NCBI GenBank assembly: GCA_964016885.1
Contig: OZ024759.1
Span: forward strand, 19,530,001 to 19,594,000
Source of the DNA: Eledone cirrhosa
Taxonomy: Eukaryota
Length of the DNA: 64,000 nucleotides
Reading direction: 5' to 3'
Shown piece after piece: positions 1 through 13,836 of the stretch; position 1 is the first letter of the stretch; each line of letters starts with the position of its first letter. The notes below the pieces were generated by a model that saw only the letters and a list, made by a program, of their open reading frames with translations, made no database searches and was not told the origin of the DNA. A program made the position numbers and the translations under genes.

Positions 1-555
1 GGAGGGGGAATATTAGGTGTAGTGTTGGCGGATCTCGGGAAGCATGGAGGCCTTAAAGGATGCAGTGTCTCGACAGCTAACAACTGATGCAGGTAGTTTA
101 TTCCATGGAGGTTTTAAAGGATGCAGTGTCTCGACAGCTAACAACTGATGCATGTAGTTTGTTCCATGGAGGCCTTAAAGGATGCAGTGTCTCAACAGCT
201 AACAACTGATGCATGTAGTTTGTTCCATGGAGGCCTTAAAGTATGCAGTGTCTCAACAGCTAACAACTGATGCATGTAGTTTGTTCCATGGAGGCCTTAA
301 AGGATGCAGTGTCTCGACAGCTAACAACTGATGCAGGTAGTTTGTTCCATGCTTCAGCAACTCTGAGCGTGAAAAAATGTTCCCGAAAGTCATGGGAACT
401 GTGCTGTTTTCTAACCTTGTGGACATGTCCACGTGTGTTAGACACATGGAAATCAAAAAGGTACTCATGGTTGTTGTTGGCAAGATGGTTAACAATTTTG
501 TGGGTGTTTACCAAGTCAGTTGCCAGGCGTCGGAGCTTCAATGTATCCATGCCCA
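1..555 (-). mobile_element. CR1/L2-group LINE 3' fragment (RT C-terminus)
   Basis: Minus-strand translation LRRLATDLVNTHKIVN...NTRGHVHKVRKQHSSHDFREHFFTLRVAEAWNKLP matches the TRGH..K / FFxxRVxxxWNxLP motifs of CR1-type ORF2 ends. A near-identical copy lies at 21076-21722. Confidence 0.85.
43..347. repeat. 61-bp tandem repeat, 5 copies, derived from the LINE 3' end
   Basis: CATGG unit starts at 43, 104, 165, 226 and 287. The same segment is single-copy in the element at 21117-21180. Confidence 0.9.
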
Positions 556-609
556 GGGATACATGGGCATGGATACATTGTAATAAATGTTCGGTAAACC
601 GATACGGTC

Positions 610-640
<31 letters not shown>

Positions 641-904
641 CATACACACACCACCCTTCTACCTTGCCCATACAGAAGATGGTCATCCGTCTTTTCCGCC
701 ACCTATAGTCAGATCCCTCCATCTCACCTATTTTTCCACCCCCACCCCTCCCTTCATTTAAGTGCATTTGTAATCTTTGGAACCTACTGATCCGCAGTGC
801 CCCCCCCCAACTCATCTCCTAGATCCCACCACGCTGTCATACATGCATCTTTATCTTCAATACCACCACCCTTTTCCATCCCAATGGCTGGTCCTTCCAG
901 GTTA

Positions 905-1676
905 GGGACTCCTTAGCTACCGTCTATTTTGATTGCCCTGCACTTTTTTATACAGCTGTTGTCTTTCATGCGCATCACATGACCATACCAATGTAGTCTT
1001 CTCTCGAGTAAACAGCATCTGATCCCTCTTATTCCTAATTTCTCACTTAGTTCGTTTATGCTTTGCCGTTCACGTATATTACTATTACACATCCAACGGA
1101 GCATGCAACCTTCGTTCCTCTCCAGTCTGCGTAGATCCTCTGCACGTAATGCCTATGTCTCACTGCCATGTAACATTGCTGTTCGTATGCAGGCATCATA
1201 CAACCTGCCTTTTATTTTTAGAGAGAAACCTTTAGCGGCCAATAGTGGTATAAGCTCTCTGAACTTTTTCCATCCCGTTCTGACTCTAGCTACTGTACTT
1301 TCAGAGCACCCTCCACCACTGCTGAGTTTGTCACCCAGGTAACGGAAGCTGTCCACTATTTCTATAGAACCATCTGGGCAATAGAATGAGCTGGTATCCT
1401 GTGGGCACTTGCTACTACTTATTGCACCTGAGCACCAGCCACATATAAAATCTATATTCTTAGTTAGCTTACTTGTGATCCCACTACATCTTTTATGCAC
1501 CCATACTTTGCATTTGGGACATAAAATGGAGTTTCTGCCTACTCCTTTCCTACACACTGAACATGGCCATTTCCTAGAGGGGACCAGTGCCCTATTTTCC
1601 TTCCTACATACTAGAACTTTAGTCTTAGACAAGTTAATTTTAAGGCCTTTTGATTCTAGGCCATGCTTCCATGTTT
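905..1676 (-). mobile_element. RTE-clade LINE fragment (RT C-terminal half)
   Basis: ORFs 1153-1740 and 913-1104 give GLKINLSKTKVL, FRYLGD, WKKFRELIPLL, MLHGSET and ERRLHWYGHVMRM, separated by an in-frame stop. Confidence 0.9.
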
Positions 1677-1977
1677 GATATATATATATAATTGGTGTTG
1701 AATGCTTAAGGCGTCCATATGCGGTAGGCCGTATGAGCACTCGATGCTCTCATAGAGCAGAGTATGATATCACATAGGAAAATCTGCTTCGTAGAATCAA
1801 GACGAATCTGAGGACCTTGCGATTTTCAGAGTCAGGTTCGATCATCAAATCAATCGTGCCTCTTTTTTTCTGTGATATATATATATATGTAGAAGTTCTA
1901 TTTAAATTGTTGGGATACAACAAGCAAATATTTTTATAACTGATATAAAGCACTCAACAAATTATTGGAGTAAAAAT

Positions 1978-2287
1978 ACGATATATTAACAAATGGAAAC
2001 TATATTTATAAAACCATATTTATTTCATTATACATATTTCAAGGACATCAAGTTAAATTATGGTGTGCTTTCATCAGATAAAATATAATATAGAGCAGTT
2101 TTATAAATAAATATTGACATACCCTTAAAGTCACATTCTTTAAGGGTATGTCAATATTTATTTATAAAACTGATCTATATTATATTTTATCTGATGAAAG
2201 CACACCATAATTTAACTTGGTGTCCTTGAAATTGTATAATGAAATAAATATGGTTTTATAAATATAGTTTCCATTTGTTAATATATC

Positions 2288-2289
<2 letters not shown>
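1978..2289. repeat. Near-perfect inverted repeat (about 153-bp arms, 7-nt loop)
   Basis: ACGATATATTAACAAATGGAAAC...TACCCTTAAAG, loop TCACATT (2131-2137), then CTTTAAGGGTA...GTTTCCATTTGTTAATATATCGT, with only a few mismatches. Confidence 0.95.
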
Positions 2290-2322
<33 letters not shown>

Positions 2323-2377
2323 CAAACACAATTTCTGCTTTCACTCTGAAGCAGGATCTTCTGAAACTGTGCTATAT

Positions 2378-3045
2378 ATCATCATCATCGTTTAACATCC
2401 ATCTTCCACACTAGCATGGGTTAGATGGTTTTGTCCTACTTGAGGTAAGATTGATCAGGAAACCATGTCTCCCTCGTACAGAACTGTTTCTGGCAGGTTT
2501 TCTACGGCTGGATGCCCTTCCTAACACCAACCACATTTACAGTGTTGATTGGGAGCCTTTTTACCATGTCTCCTACACAACCACTTTACAGTGTGGACTG
2601 GGTGCATTTTGTCATGTCACCTACACGACCACTTTACAGTGGACAGAAATGGGAGGATGCTGTAGGGTGTGTGGGGGTGGGGTGTGTTGGAGGTGGGGTG
2701 TGTGGGGGTGGGGAGTATATTGGGCTAAGAGGTGCCTACTAACTGTAGGTTTAACTTCGTATGTAAGGGAAGGCGGGTCTTCTGTATCACTGTATAGCGC
2801 CAAAGATCTTGATCCAGTGACATTGTCTTAGAGAGGTGTAAGTGAGCAAGGTGAGTTTTTATCACCTCATCCCAGGTTTTTCTTGATCTACCCACTCCGT
2901 AGCTTCCATTAATTTTGATTGTTCTGCACTTTTTTATACAGCTGTTGTCCTTCCTATGTATCACATGTCCATACCAATGCCATCTCCTCTTCTGCACACA
3001 ACATTTGATACCTCTTATGCTTAGTCACTCTCTCAATTCGTTTAT
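2378..3045 (-). mobile_element. RTE LINE 3' end with UTR and (GAT)n tail
   Basis: ORF 2725-2997 contains RWHWYGHVIHRKD..GRSRKTWDEVIK. The tail reads CATCATCATCG on the + strand at about 2380. Confidence 0.8.
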
Positions 3046-3159
3046 ATTGCTGTGCTGATGGTAATTGAGAGAAGGTCATGTATGCAGCGACTGCATTTGA
3101 AGATGTCCTTCTCTGGTGTTACATGGTCTTTCAAGACCGAAGTATTCCAGTAATGATAA

Positions 3160-3560
3160 TAATTGTTTCTACGTTAGGCACAAGGCCAACAATTACCCAG
3201 TGTATTACTGGTACTTTATTTTATCGACCCCGTAAGGATGAAAGGCAAAGTTAAATAATATTAATAATTGTTTCTATGTTTGGCACAAGGCCAGCAATTA
3301 CACAGTGTATTACTGGTACTTTATTTTATCGACCCCGTAAGGATGAAAGGCAAAGTTAAATAATATTAATAATTGTTTCTATGTTAGGCACAAGGCCAGC
3401 AATTACACAGTGTATTACTGGTACTTTATTTTATCGACCCCGTAAGGAAGAAAGGCAAAGTTAACCTCGGCGGGATTTGAACTCAGAACGTAAAGGACCG
3501 TAACTCTGTGCCGTAAAGCATGTTGTCTGACGCTCTACCAATACTGCGAATCCACGCCCT
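3160..3560 (-). mobile_element. tRNA-derived SINE family B with its 3' half present three times in tandem
   Basis: ATTGTTTCTA..GGCACAAGGCC..GTACTTTATTTTATCGACCCCGTAAGGATGAAAGGCAAAGTTAA occurs three times. A B-box-like GAGTTCAAATCCC lies on the minus strand at about 3472-3484. Confidence 0.8.
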
Positions 3561-3564
3561 AATA

Positions 3565-3671
3565 ATGTGTGTGTGTGTGTATCTGTGTGTGTATTTGTGT
3601 GTGTTTCTGTGTGTATGTGTGTGTGTGAGTGTGTGTGTGTGAGTATGGAGGTGTGTATGTGTATATATATA

Positions 3672-3704
<33 letters not shown>

Positions 3705-3711
3705 GTGTGTG

Positions 3712-3743
<32 letters not shown>

Positions 3744-4015
3744 TATATATATATTACTGTGGTGTTTGTTTTGTTATTCCTGTTGACCGTTTACACACAT
3801 AGATAGATACATACACACATCTATATAGCTAGATACACACACACACACACATCTATATAGATAGATACACACACACACATATATAGATATACACACACAC
3901 ATATATATATAGAGATAGATACACACACACACATATATATATAGAGATAGATACACACACACCAACACACACACACACATATATAGATAGATTAGATAGA
4001 TACACACACACATAC

Positions 4016-4110
<95 letters not shown>

Positions 4111-4219
4111 TATATATTTATAGATACACAAGCAGCGAAAAGCGGACGTAAAATAAACTGGAAAAAATGAAAAATGAAAAAATACACACACATACACACA
4201 CACACATATATATATAGAT

Positions 4220-4252
<33 letters not shown>

Positions 4253-4900
4253 GATACACACACACACACACACACACATATATACAACAATATCTTCATT
4301 TAATGTCCATTCTACTTGTGTGTGTGTTGTTTTCTTTACTTCTCCATCAAACCAAACCATCTGCTCCTAGATATCTGTAGAAAGTGTACATTTTGCTGCT
4401 TCACACCTGAAGCACATCAATAATTCATTGTTTTACAGGTGTTTATGTGTGCTTGTTTCTTCCCCTCTCTGTCTATGTCCTCCTATGTGTCTCTCTCTCT
4501 CTCCCTCTTTCTCTCTCTCTCTCTCCCTCTTTCTCTCTCTCTTTCTCTATCCCTCTCTCTCCCCTCTTTCTCCCTCTCTGTCCCCTCTTTCTCCCTCTCT
4601 CTACCCCCTCTTTCTCCCTCTTTCTCCCTCTCTCTCCCTCTCTCTACCCCCCATCTCTTCCCCCCTCTCTCCCCCTCCCTCTCTCTCTCTCTCTCTCTCT
4701 TCCTCATCTCTCTTCCTCACCTCTCTCCCTCTCTTCCTCCACCACCCCTTCTCCCCCCTCCCCCTTCTCCCCCTCCCTCCCTCTCTATCCCCCCTCTCTC
4801 CCTCTCCCCCCTCGTTCCCCATCCCCCTCTCTCCACCCCCCCTCTCTCTCCACCCCCCTCTCCTCCCTCTCTCTACCCCCTCTCTCTCATACAAATATAT
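3565..4900. repeat. Compound (CA)/(TA)/(CT) microsatellites and a CT-rich tract
   Basis: Direct inspection. Confidence 0.9.
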
Positions 4901-5783
4901 TGATAGTGGTAGAACATCAAAAAGAAATTGACAAAAAGAGAGAGATAATGATATGATATTTAATATGGAAAAAAATACAAACTTATTTTGAAACTTTAAA
5001 TTTACAATCTTTTTAAAAAAAAAACAATTTCAAAATAACAAAAATAAAAAGATATAATATGGATGTCATTAGTTTTATGCGTTCTTTGTATCAAATAAGA
5101 AATGTGTTATGATGACAAATATATAATATAAAAGGTCAACAACAATTTTTATACACACTTGCCATTGTAATATCTTTATTCATTTTTGTATTATACATAT
5201 TTTATTGTTTCATCTAATTAAAATAAACGAACAAGGTAGTGTACAAAGTTTTTTGAAAATATATGAATTTTCTGACAAAACCAAATTTCCCAACAATTTT
5301 TTTATTTTTTTAATTTTTTTTCTTATATTTAAAATTTTTTTATTTTATTTTTTATTTTATTTTTTATTTTATTTTTTATTTTATTTTTTATTTTACTTTT
5401 TATTTTATTTTTTATTTTATTTTAATTTAATTTAATTTAATTTAATTTTATTTTATTTTATTTTATTTTTTCTATTTTTATTTTTTCTATTTTTATTTTA
5501 TCTATTTTTATCTATTTTTATTTTTTTTTATTTTCTTTTGTGTGTATTTTATAATTTTCTTTTGGGGAGTGGGTGCAACTACATCTCTACACCGTCACCA
5601 TCCCTAGCAATACACCACTGATATACATCATTTATATATACATCATCAACAATCATCATCATCTATATAGGTAACATCATCCATGCCAACACAGTCTTTG
5701 CTCAAATAAAGAAAATAGAAAAGAATTCTATATGGCATTGGATGTTAGGTGGAAATAGTAATTTTTTATATATGTGTGTGTGT

Positions 5784-5952
5784 CATCATCATCATCATCA
5801 TTTCATTTTATGTCCACTTTCTCCCTGCTTGCAAGGGTGAGACGGGAACTGAATCTGGCTTGATTTCTACAGCTGGATGCCCTTCCTAACACCAACCTCA
5901 TTTACAGTGAGTGCTGGGTGCTTTTTTTGCCGTGGAATGATAGGGACCCCAG
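5784..5952 (-). mobile_element. SINE family A, 3' fragment
   Basis: (CAT)n followed by CCCTGCTTGCAAGGGTGAGACGGGAAC...GGATGCCCTTCCTAACACCAACC, as in the full-length copies. Confidence 0.8.
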
Positions 5953-6057
5953 AGAGTCATTCCAGATAGAGCCGCTACTTCCCCGAGTTGAGAGATCACA
6001 GCTCCGCTCCGATACAATGGGTATGTGGTTATAATGTCTCGTGGGAAATAATCGCTG

Positions 6058-8738
6058 GAGTCACTCCAGGTAGGGCAGCTACTTCTCCGCATTGAGAGAT
6101 CACAGCTCCGATACTATGGACATGTGGTTAGAATGTCTCAGGAAATAATCACTGGAGATGTTTGTCGCTCAGAGATTAGAGAGTCACTCCAGGTAGGGCA
6201 GCTACTTCTCCGAATTGAGAGATCACAGCTCCGATACTATGGACATGTGGTTAGAATGTCTCAGGAAATAATCGCTGGACAGATTTGTCGCTCAGAGATC
6301 AGAGAGTCACTCCAGGTAGGGCAGTTGCTTCTTCGAATTGAGAGATCACAGCTCCGATACTATGGGAATGTGGTTAGAATGTCTCAGGAAATAATCGCTG
6401 GACAGATTTGTCGCTCAGAGATCAGAGAGTCACTCCAGGTAGGGCAGTTGCTTCTTCGAATTGAGAGATCACAGCTCCGATACTATGGGAATGTGGTTAG
6501 AATGTCTCAGGAAATAATCGCTGGACAGATTTGTCGCTCAGAGATCAGAGAGTCACTCCAGGTAGGGCAGCTACTTCTCCGAATTGAGAGATCACAGCTC
6601 CGATACTATGGACATGTGGTTAGAATGTCTCAGGAAATAATCGCTGGACAGATTTGTCGCTCAGAGATCAGAGAGTCACTCCAGGTAGGGCAGCTACTTC
6701 TCCGAATTGAGAGATCACAGCTCCGATACTATGGACATGTGGTTAGAATGTCTCAGGAAATAATCGCTGGACAGATTTGTCGCTCAGAGATCAGAGAGTC
6801 ACTCCAGGTAGAGCAGCTGCTTCTTCGAATTGAGAGATCACAGCTCCGATACTATGGACATGTGGTTAGAATGTCTCAGGAAATAATCGCTGGACAGATT
6901 TGTCGCTCAGAGATCAGAGAGTCACTCCAGGTAGAGCAGCTACTTCTCCGAATTGAGAGATCACAGCTCCGATACTATGGGAATGTGGTTAGAATGTCTC
7001 AGGAAATAATCGCTGGACAGATTTGTCGCTCAGAGATCAGAGAGTCACTCCAGGTAGGGCAGCTACTTCTCCGCATTGAGAGATCACAGCTCCGATACTA
7101 TGGGAATGTGGTTAGAATGTCTCAGGAAATAATCACTGGAGATATTTGTAGCTCTGAGATTAGAGAGTCACTCCAGGTAGGGCAGCTACTTCTCCGAGTT
7201 GGGAGATCACAGCTCCGATACTATGGGAATGTGGTTAGAATATCTCAGGAAAGAATCACTGGAGATATTTGTCGCTCAGAGATTAGAGAGTCACTCCAGG
7301 TAGGGCAGCTACTTCTCCGCATTGAGAGATCACAGCTCCGATACTATGGGAATGTGGTTAGAATGTCTCAGGAAATAATCACTGGAGATATTTGTAGCTC
7401 TGAGATTAGAGAGTCACTCCAGGTAGGGCAGCTGCTTCTTCGAATTGAGAGATCACAGCTCCGATACTATGGGAATGTGGTTAGAATGTCTCAGGAAATA
7501 ATCGCTGGACAGATTTGTCGCTCAGAGATCAGAGAGTCACTCCAGGTAGGGCAGCTGCTTCTTCGAATTGAGAGATCACAGCTCCGATACTATGGAAATG
7601 TGCTTAGAATGTCTCAGGAAATAATCGCTGGACAGATTTGTCGCTCAGAGATCAGAGAGTCACTCCAGGTAGGGCAGCTGCTTCTTCGAATTGAGAGATC
7701 ACAGCTCCGATACTATGGGAATGTGGTTAGAATGTCTCAGGAAATAATCGCTGGACAGATTTGTCGCTCAGAGATCAGAGAGTCACTCCAGGTAGAGCAG
7801 CTGCTTCTCAGAATTGAGAGATCACAGCTCCGATACTATGGGAATGTGGTTAGAATGTCTCAGGAAATAATCACTGGAGATATTTGTCGCTCAGAGATTA
7901 GAGAGTCACTCCAGGTAGGGCAGCTACTTCTCCGAATTGAGAGATCACAGCTCCGATACTATGGGAATGTGGTTAGAATGTCTCAGGAAATAATCACTGG
8001 AGATATTTGTCGCTCAGAGATTAGAGAGTCACTCCAGGTAGGGCAGCTACTTCTCCGAATTGAGAGATCACAGCTCCGATACTATGGGAATGTGGTTAGA
8101 ATGTCTCAGGAAATAATCACTGGAGATATTTGTCGCTCAGAGATTAGAGAGTCACTCCAGGTAGGGCAGCTACTTCTCCGAATTGAGAGATCACAGCTCC
8201 GATACTATGGGAATGTGGTTAGAATATCTCAGGAAAGAATCGCTGGAGATATTTGTCGCTCAGAGATCAGAGAGTCACTCCAGGTAGGGCAGCTGCTTCT
8301 CCGAATTGAGAGATCACAGCTCCGATACTATGGGAATGTGGTTAGAATGTCTCAGGAAATAATCGCTGGACAGATTTGTCGCTCAGAGATCAGAGAGTCA
8401 CTCCAGGTAGGGCAGCTGCTTCTTCGAATTGAGAGATCACAGCTCCGATACTATGGGAATGTGGTTAGAATGTCTCAGGAAATAATCGCTGGACAGATTT
8501 GTCGCTCAGAGATTAGAGAGTCACTCCAGGTAGGGCAGCTGCTTCTCCGAATTGAGAGATCACAGCTCCGATACTATGGGAATGTGGTTAGAATGTCTCA
8601 GGAAATAATCGCTGGACAGATTTGTCGCTCAGAGATCAGAGAGTCACTCCAGGTAGGGCAGCTGCTTCTTCGAATTGAGAGATCACAGCTCCGATACTAT
8701 GGACATGTGGTTAGAATGTCTCAGGAAATAATCGCTGG
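6058..8738 (+). repeat. 123-bp tandem array, about 22 copies, derived from an RTE LINE RT C-terminal segment and open as a 906-aa ORF (6124-8844)
   Basis: GAGTCACTCC recurs at 6058, 6181, 6304 ... 8641, exactly 21 x 123 bp apart. The unit encodes RSEIRESLQVGQLLLRIERSQLRYYGHVVRMSQEIIAGQIC (41 aa) with the RTE LRxxGHVxRM motif. Confidence 0.95.
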
Positions 8739-8940
8739 ATGGATTTTATGGACAAAACCAACAGACAGGAGACCCAGGGGTAGACCCTTAGCAAGATGGT
8801 TGGATAACATCCATGAACTTGGCTGGTCACGCTTAGGGATCTAGCAGGATCGGTTGGAAACGGTTGCTACTGACAGGACCTGCTGGAAGGAGTGTTTGAG
8901 TGTCCCCATGACCCTGTTAGGACTAAGTGGGCTAAGAAGA
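8739..8940 (+). mobile_element. Single-copy RTE LINE 3' end continuing from the array
   Basis: WTKPTDRRPRGRPLARWLDNI...*...DRTCWKECL contains the RTE RPRGRP..W.D motif. Related copies lie at about 14690-15480, 42720-42890 and 44640-44975 on the minus strand. Confidence 0.85.
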
Positions 8941-9169
8941 AGTTGTTGTTGTATATTTGTTGTTGTTGTTGTTGTTGATTATCATCATCATCATCGTGTA
9001 CCTGTTTTCACTGATAGCAAGGGTTGTTGTATATTTTGCTATTTTTGTTGCTATTGTTGTTGTATATTTTTGCTATTGTTGTTGTTTTATATATTTTTGC
9101 TATTGTTGTTGTATATTGCTGTTATTGTTGTTTATTTTTTGTCCATCTTTCTCCTGTTGTTATTTTTTT

Positions 9170-9195
9170 ATTTCTTCTTCTTCTTCTTCTTCTAG
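9170..9195 (+). promoter_or_regulatory. Putative splice acceptor of a 5'-UTR intron of the GPCR
   Basis: A (TTC)n polypyrimidine tract ends in CTAG 7 nt before the ATG at 9203. Confidence 0.5.
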
Positions 9196-9202
9196 TTTCA
9201 CA

Positions 9203-10234
9203 ATGGATGTTATTCAGAAGATGGAACAGAACATAAAGATACACAATGACACAATAGCAAGATTCAACCAGACATTATCAGTTAAAGATTTCCAGGATAT
9301 TCTATCTGAGAATAACCATTGGATGGAACCAGCGACCGAAGTGTGTCTGATAGTAGCTTATTCACTTGTAATGATATTTGGTATCGTTAGTAACTTCCTT
9401 GTCTGCTATGTCGTATATCGAAACAAACAACTATGGTACCCACTCAATTTCCTTATAGTTAATTTGGCTGTTTGTGATGTCTTTCTTAGTTTCAGTCTGC
9501 CATTGACGCTATCAAAACTGATTCTACAGTTCTGGATATTTGGCAATGTCATGTGTAAGATTACATCAGCAATGCAGACTTTGGTGACGTTTGTGTCTAC
9601 GTTCACGATTGTGTCAATCGCCGTCGAACGTTACCACATCATCGTCAACAACAGAAACCGGACGAAGACGAAAAGTGTGATTGTCGTGAACAACATTTTG
9701 ATAATCTGGACGACATCTCTCTGTCTAAGCATCCCCATGTTTATATTCCACCGTGTCGACAAAAAAGAGATCATCCCGACGCTGTTAGTGTATGAGATAT
9801 GTATAGAGACGTGGTCATCCTATGTAGCTCGTGCTACCTTCACGTCATGTCTTGTGCTGCTACAGTATTTATTCCCGTTAATAGTGATAATTGCGATGCA
9901 CTACCAAATCTACAACTTCCTGCGACAGCAGATCCTAAAGAGCTTCATCTACGACAAACGGACAATAAAGATATACAAACGCAACAAGAGGAACCTCATA
10001 ATTCTCACAACAACCACAATGACCTTTGCCATCACATGGCTGCCTGTCACCATATTAAATGTTCTGGTTGACTATGACTACCGGCTTTTCGGTGGCGCCA
10101 ACTTCAACCTCACCTATTCCATATGTCTTTTGATAGCCATCAGTTCTGTTTCAATTAATCCTATTGTCTATGGATTATTAAATAGCAAATTTAGGGCAGC
10201 ACTTTCTGACATATCGCCATTCACCATGCTTTAA
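9203..10234 (+). CDS. Class A (rhodopsin-like) neuropeptide GPCR, NPY/NPF-receptor-like, intronless CDS, 343 aa
   Basis: Seven hydrophobic segments. Motifs: SN (TM1), NLAVCD (TM2), WIFGNVMCK (ECL1), ERY (TM3), CIETW (ECL2), TWLP (TM6), NPIVY..LNSKFR (TM7/H8). N-glycosylation sequons NDT and NQT in the N-terminus. The likely start is MDVIQK at 9203; the upstream extension in the ORF track is microsatellite. Confidence 0.93.
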   Translation: MDVIQKMEQNIKIHNDTIARFNQTLSVKDFQDILSENNHWMEPATEVCLIVAYSLVMIFGIVSNFLVCYVVYRNKQLWYPLNFLIVNLAVCDVFLSFSLPLTLSKLILQFWIFGNVMCKITSAMQTLVTFVSTFTIVSIAVERYHIIVNNRNRTKTKSVIVVNNILIIWTTSLCLSIPMFIFHRVDKKEIIPTLLVYEICIETWSSYVARATFTSCLVLLQYLFPLIVIIAMHYQIYNFLRQQILKSFIYDKRTIKIYKRNKRNLIILTTTTMTFAITWLPVTILNVLVDYDYRLFGGANFNLTYSICLLIAISSVSINPIVYGLLNSKFRAALSDISPFTML

Positions 10235-10256
10235 GGAAGAAAGTGGGTTTTGCAGA

Positions 10257-10458
10257 CAGGGCTGTATTAAACCCATGCCTAGGACCTCCATCCTCCACTT
10301 AACCCCATCTGCAGAGACTTTTTGGTTTAACTAGCCACCTTTGGCATATCAATCTTTCACTGCACTATAGCAAAAATAATACAAAAAAAAAAAAAAAATT
10401 ATTTCATGGGGGTCCCTAGGCTTTTAGCCTAGTCGTCCTTATGAATAATATGGCCCTG
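10257..10458. mobile_element. hAT-type MITE with 8-bp target-site duplication
   Basis: TIRs CAGGGCTGTATTA / TAATATGGCCCTG. TTTGCAGA flanks both sides (10249-10256 and 10459-10466). Confidence 0.85.
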
Positions 10459-10903
10459 TTTGCAGAAAAGGATTCCCTAAAAACAGATGATTTCAATTTA
10501 ATTGATGCCTTCAACAAAACAATGTATGTATTACCTTAACTGTATTTCCCCTGACTTTTTGAAATGTTATAATAGTATATATAATACATACTAGTAAAAG
10601 TTAAATATACCAATGAATATTATATACACATATCATCATATATATATAAATATATATATACACACATCCATACTTGTTTAAATGATATATAGAATATTTT
10701 ATTTTATATATCCCAAATTGAAAAACTATTAATATTTTGTACATATATATAGAACAAATAATATATATATATATATATATAGAACAAATAATATATATAA
10801 TATATATATATATGTATGTATATGTATTCAGTACGTCCATTTCAGAATAATTCTAAGAGTGAATGGGTATATAAACCCACCATGTTTCCTTGTGGTTGTT
10901 AAC

Positions 10904-10968
10904 ATGATATACACCCCTTCTGATGAGGGTCCAATTAGGTCTGAAAATCAATTAAAGGTGTCTATCAT
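10904..10968 (+). ncRNA. Degenerate minimal hammerhead-ribozyme-like motif
   Basis: ATGATATACACCCCTT-CTGATGA-GGGTCCAATTAGGTCT-GAAA-A-TC-AATT-AAAGGTGTCTATCAT: catalytic core boxes with a flanking helix I. Confidence 0.4.
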
Positions 10969-11315
10969 TTTTTTTCAATTTACAGGGAAACTCATATTTT
11001 CTTGCATGTTTACATGCCTACATATTTGAAATGTGTATATTTACATACATATTGGTGCAATCTCAGTTACCCACATTGTATTTATACAGATATATGTATA
11101 TATAGGTATGTATGTATCATTTTTATCATTTGTCGTCCAATTTCCCTGCTATATATACACATATATCTCTCTATATACATATAAGTTTATGTATACATTT
11201 GAAATACACACACACACACACACACACACATATATGTATATACATACACACATACACACTGTGAAATACATTGCACAAATATGGAGAGATAACTGTTATA
11301 CACTCAGGTAAATCA

Positions 11316-13042
<1,727 letters not shown>

Positions 13043-13393
13043 AACACATCATAAAGTCTTAAATGGACAGTTGATCCTGTTCAGTTCATTTCTGCTGTGA
13101 TACACTCAAAGATATTGCCCCATGGTGGGATACTTTGTTGAAATAAATAAATATATTGGAGATAAAAGAAGAGTATGATAAGGCCCGAAAACTTTACTAA
13201 TTTTTATCTGTGTGACTTTTGAAAAAAAAACTGGGCCTGAAGGTTGTTATTATGGTGTGATTAGAACTTGTACCTCCAGGTTTCTGAAACAGTTGTCTGT
13301 CAGATATAAAGTGTCACTTTTGCTTTCCTATGGCACCTGTTTAAAACTATTGAAGGTGTGTGGCTTAGCGGTTAGGGTGTTTGGCTCATGGTC

Positions 13394-13836
13394 TTAACCC
13401 TTTAGCATTCACATTATTTTATATATACTATATATACTATATATACAGTGGATTGGCAGTATTGGTAGAGGGTCAGACACCATGCTTTGACGTATAGCGT
13501 TACGGCCCTTGCCATTCTGAGTTGAAATCCCGCCGAGGTTAACTTTGCCTTTCATCCTTACGGGGTCGATAAAATAAAGTACCAGTAATGTACTGGGTAA
13601 TTGCTGGCCTTGTGCCAAAAATAGAAACAATTATTTTATATATACTATTATATTTTCATGGTAAAGGCTTTACCTTGCATAATTATCTCACATAATATCG
13701 AATCTGAGATTTCGATGTTATTTATTTTGAGATCAATACCTTAACATCAGTTTGAACAACCAGTTACAGCCAGTTTCAACAGAAAGAGGTAGAGAATTCT
13801 GGCTGGTTTTGGCCGGTTTGAACACTCAAGGGTTAA
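13394..13836. mobile_element. piggyBac-like MITE (TTAA-CCCTT...AAGGG-TTAA) with a nested family B SINE (about 13447-13632)
   Basis: Ends are TTAACCCTTTAGCATT and CTCAAGGGTTAA. The body is shared with copies at 16258, 42119 and 54929. Confidence 0.7.

Noticed and set aside
8957-9202. N-terminal extension of the GPCR ORF
   Set aside because: It has a non-ATG start and translates (TTG)n/(TTC)n repeats. A splice-acceptor-like site and a good ATG lie at 9195 and 9203.
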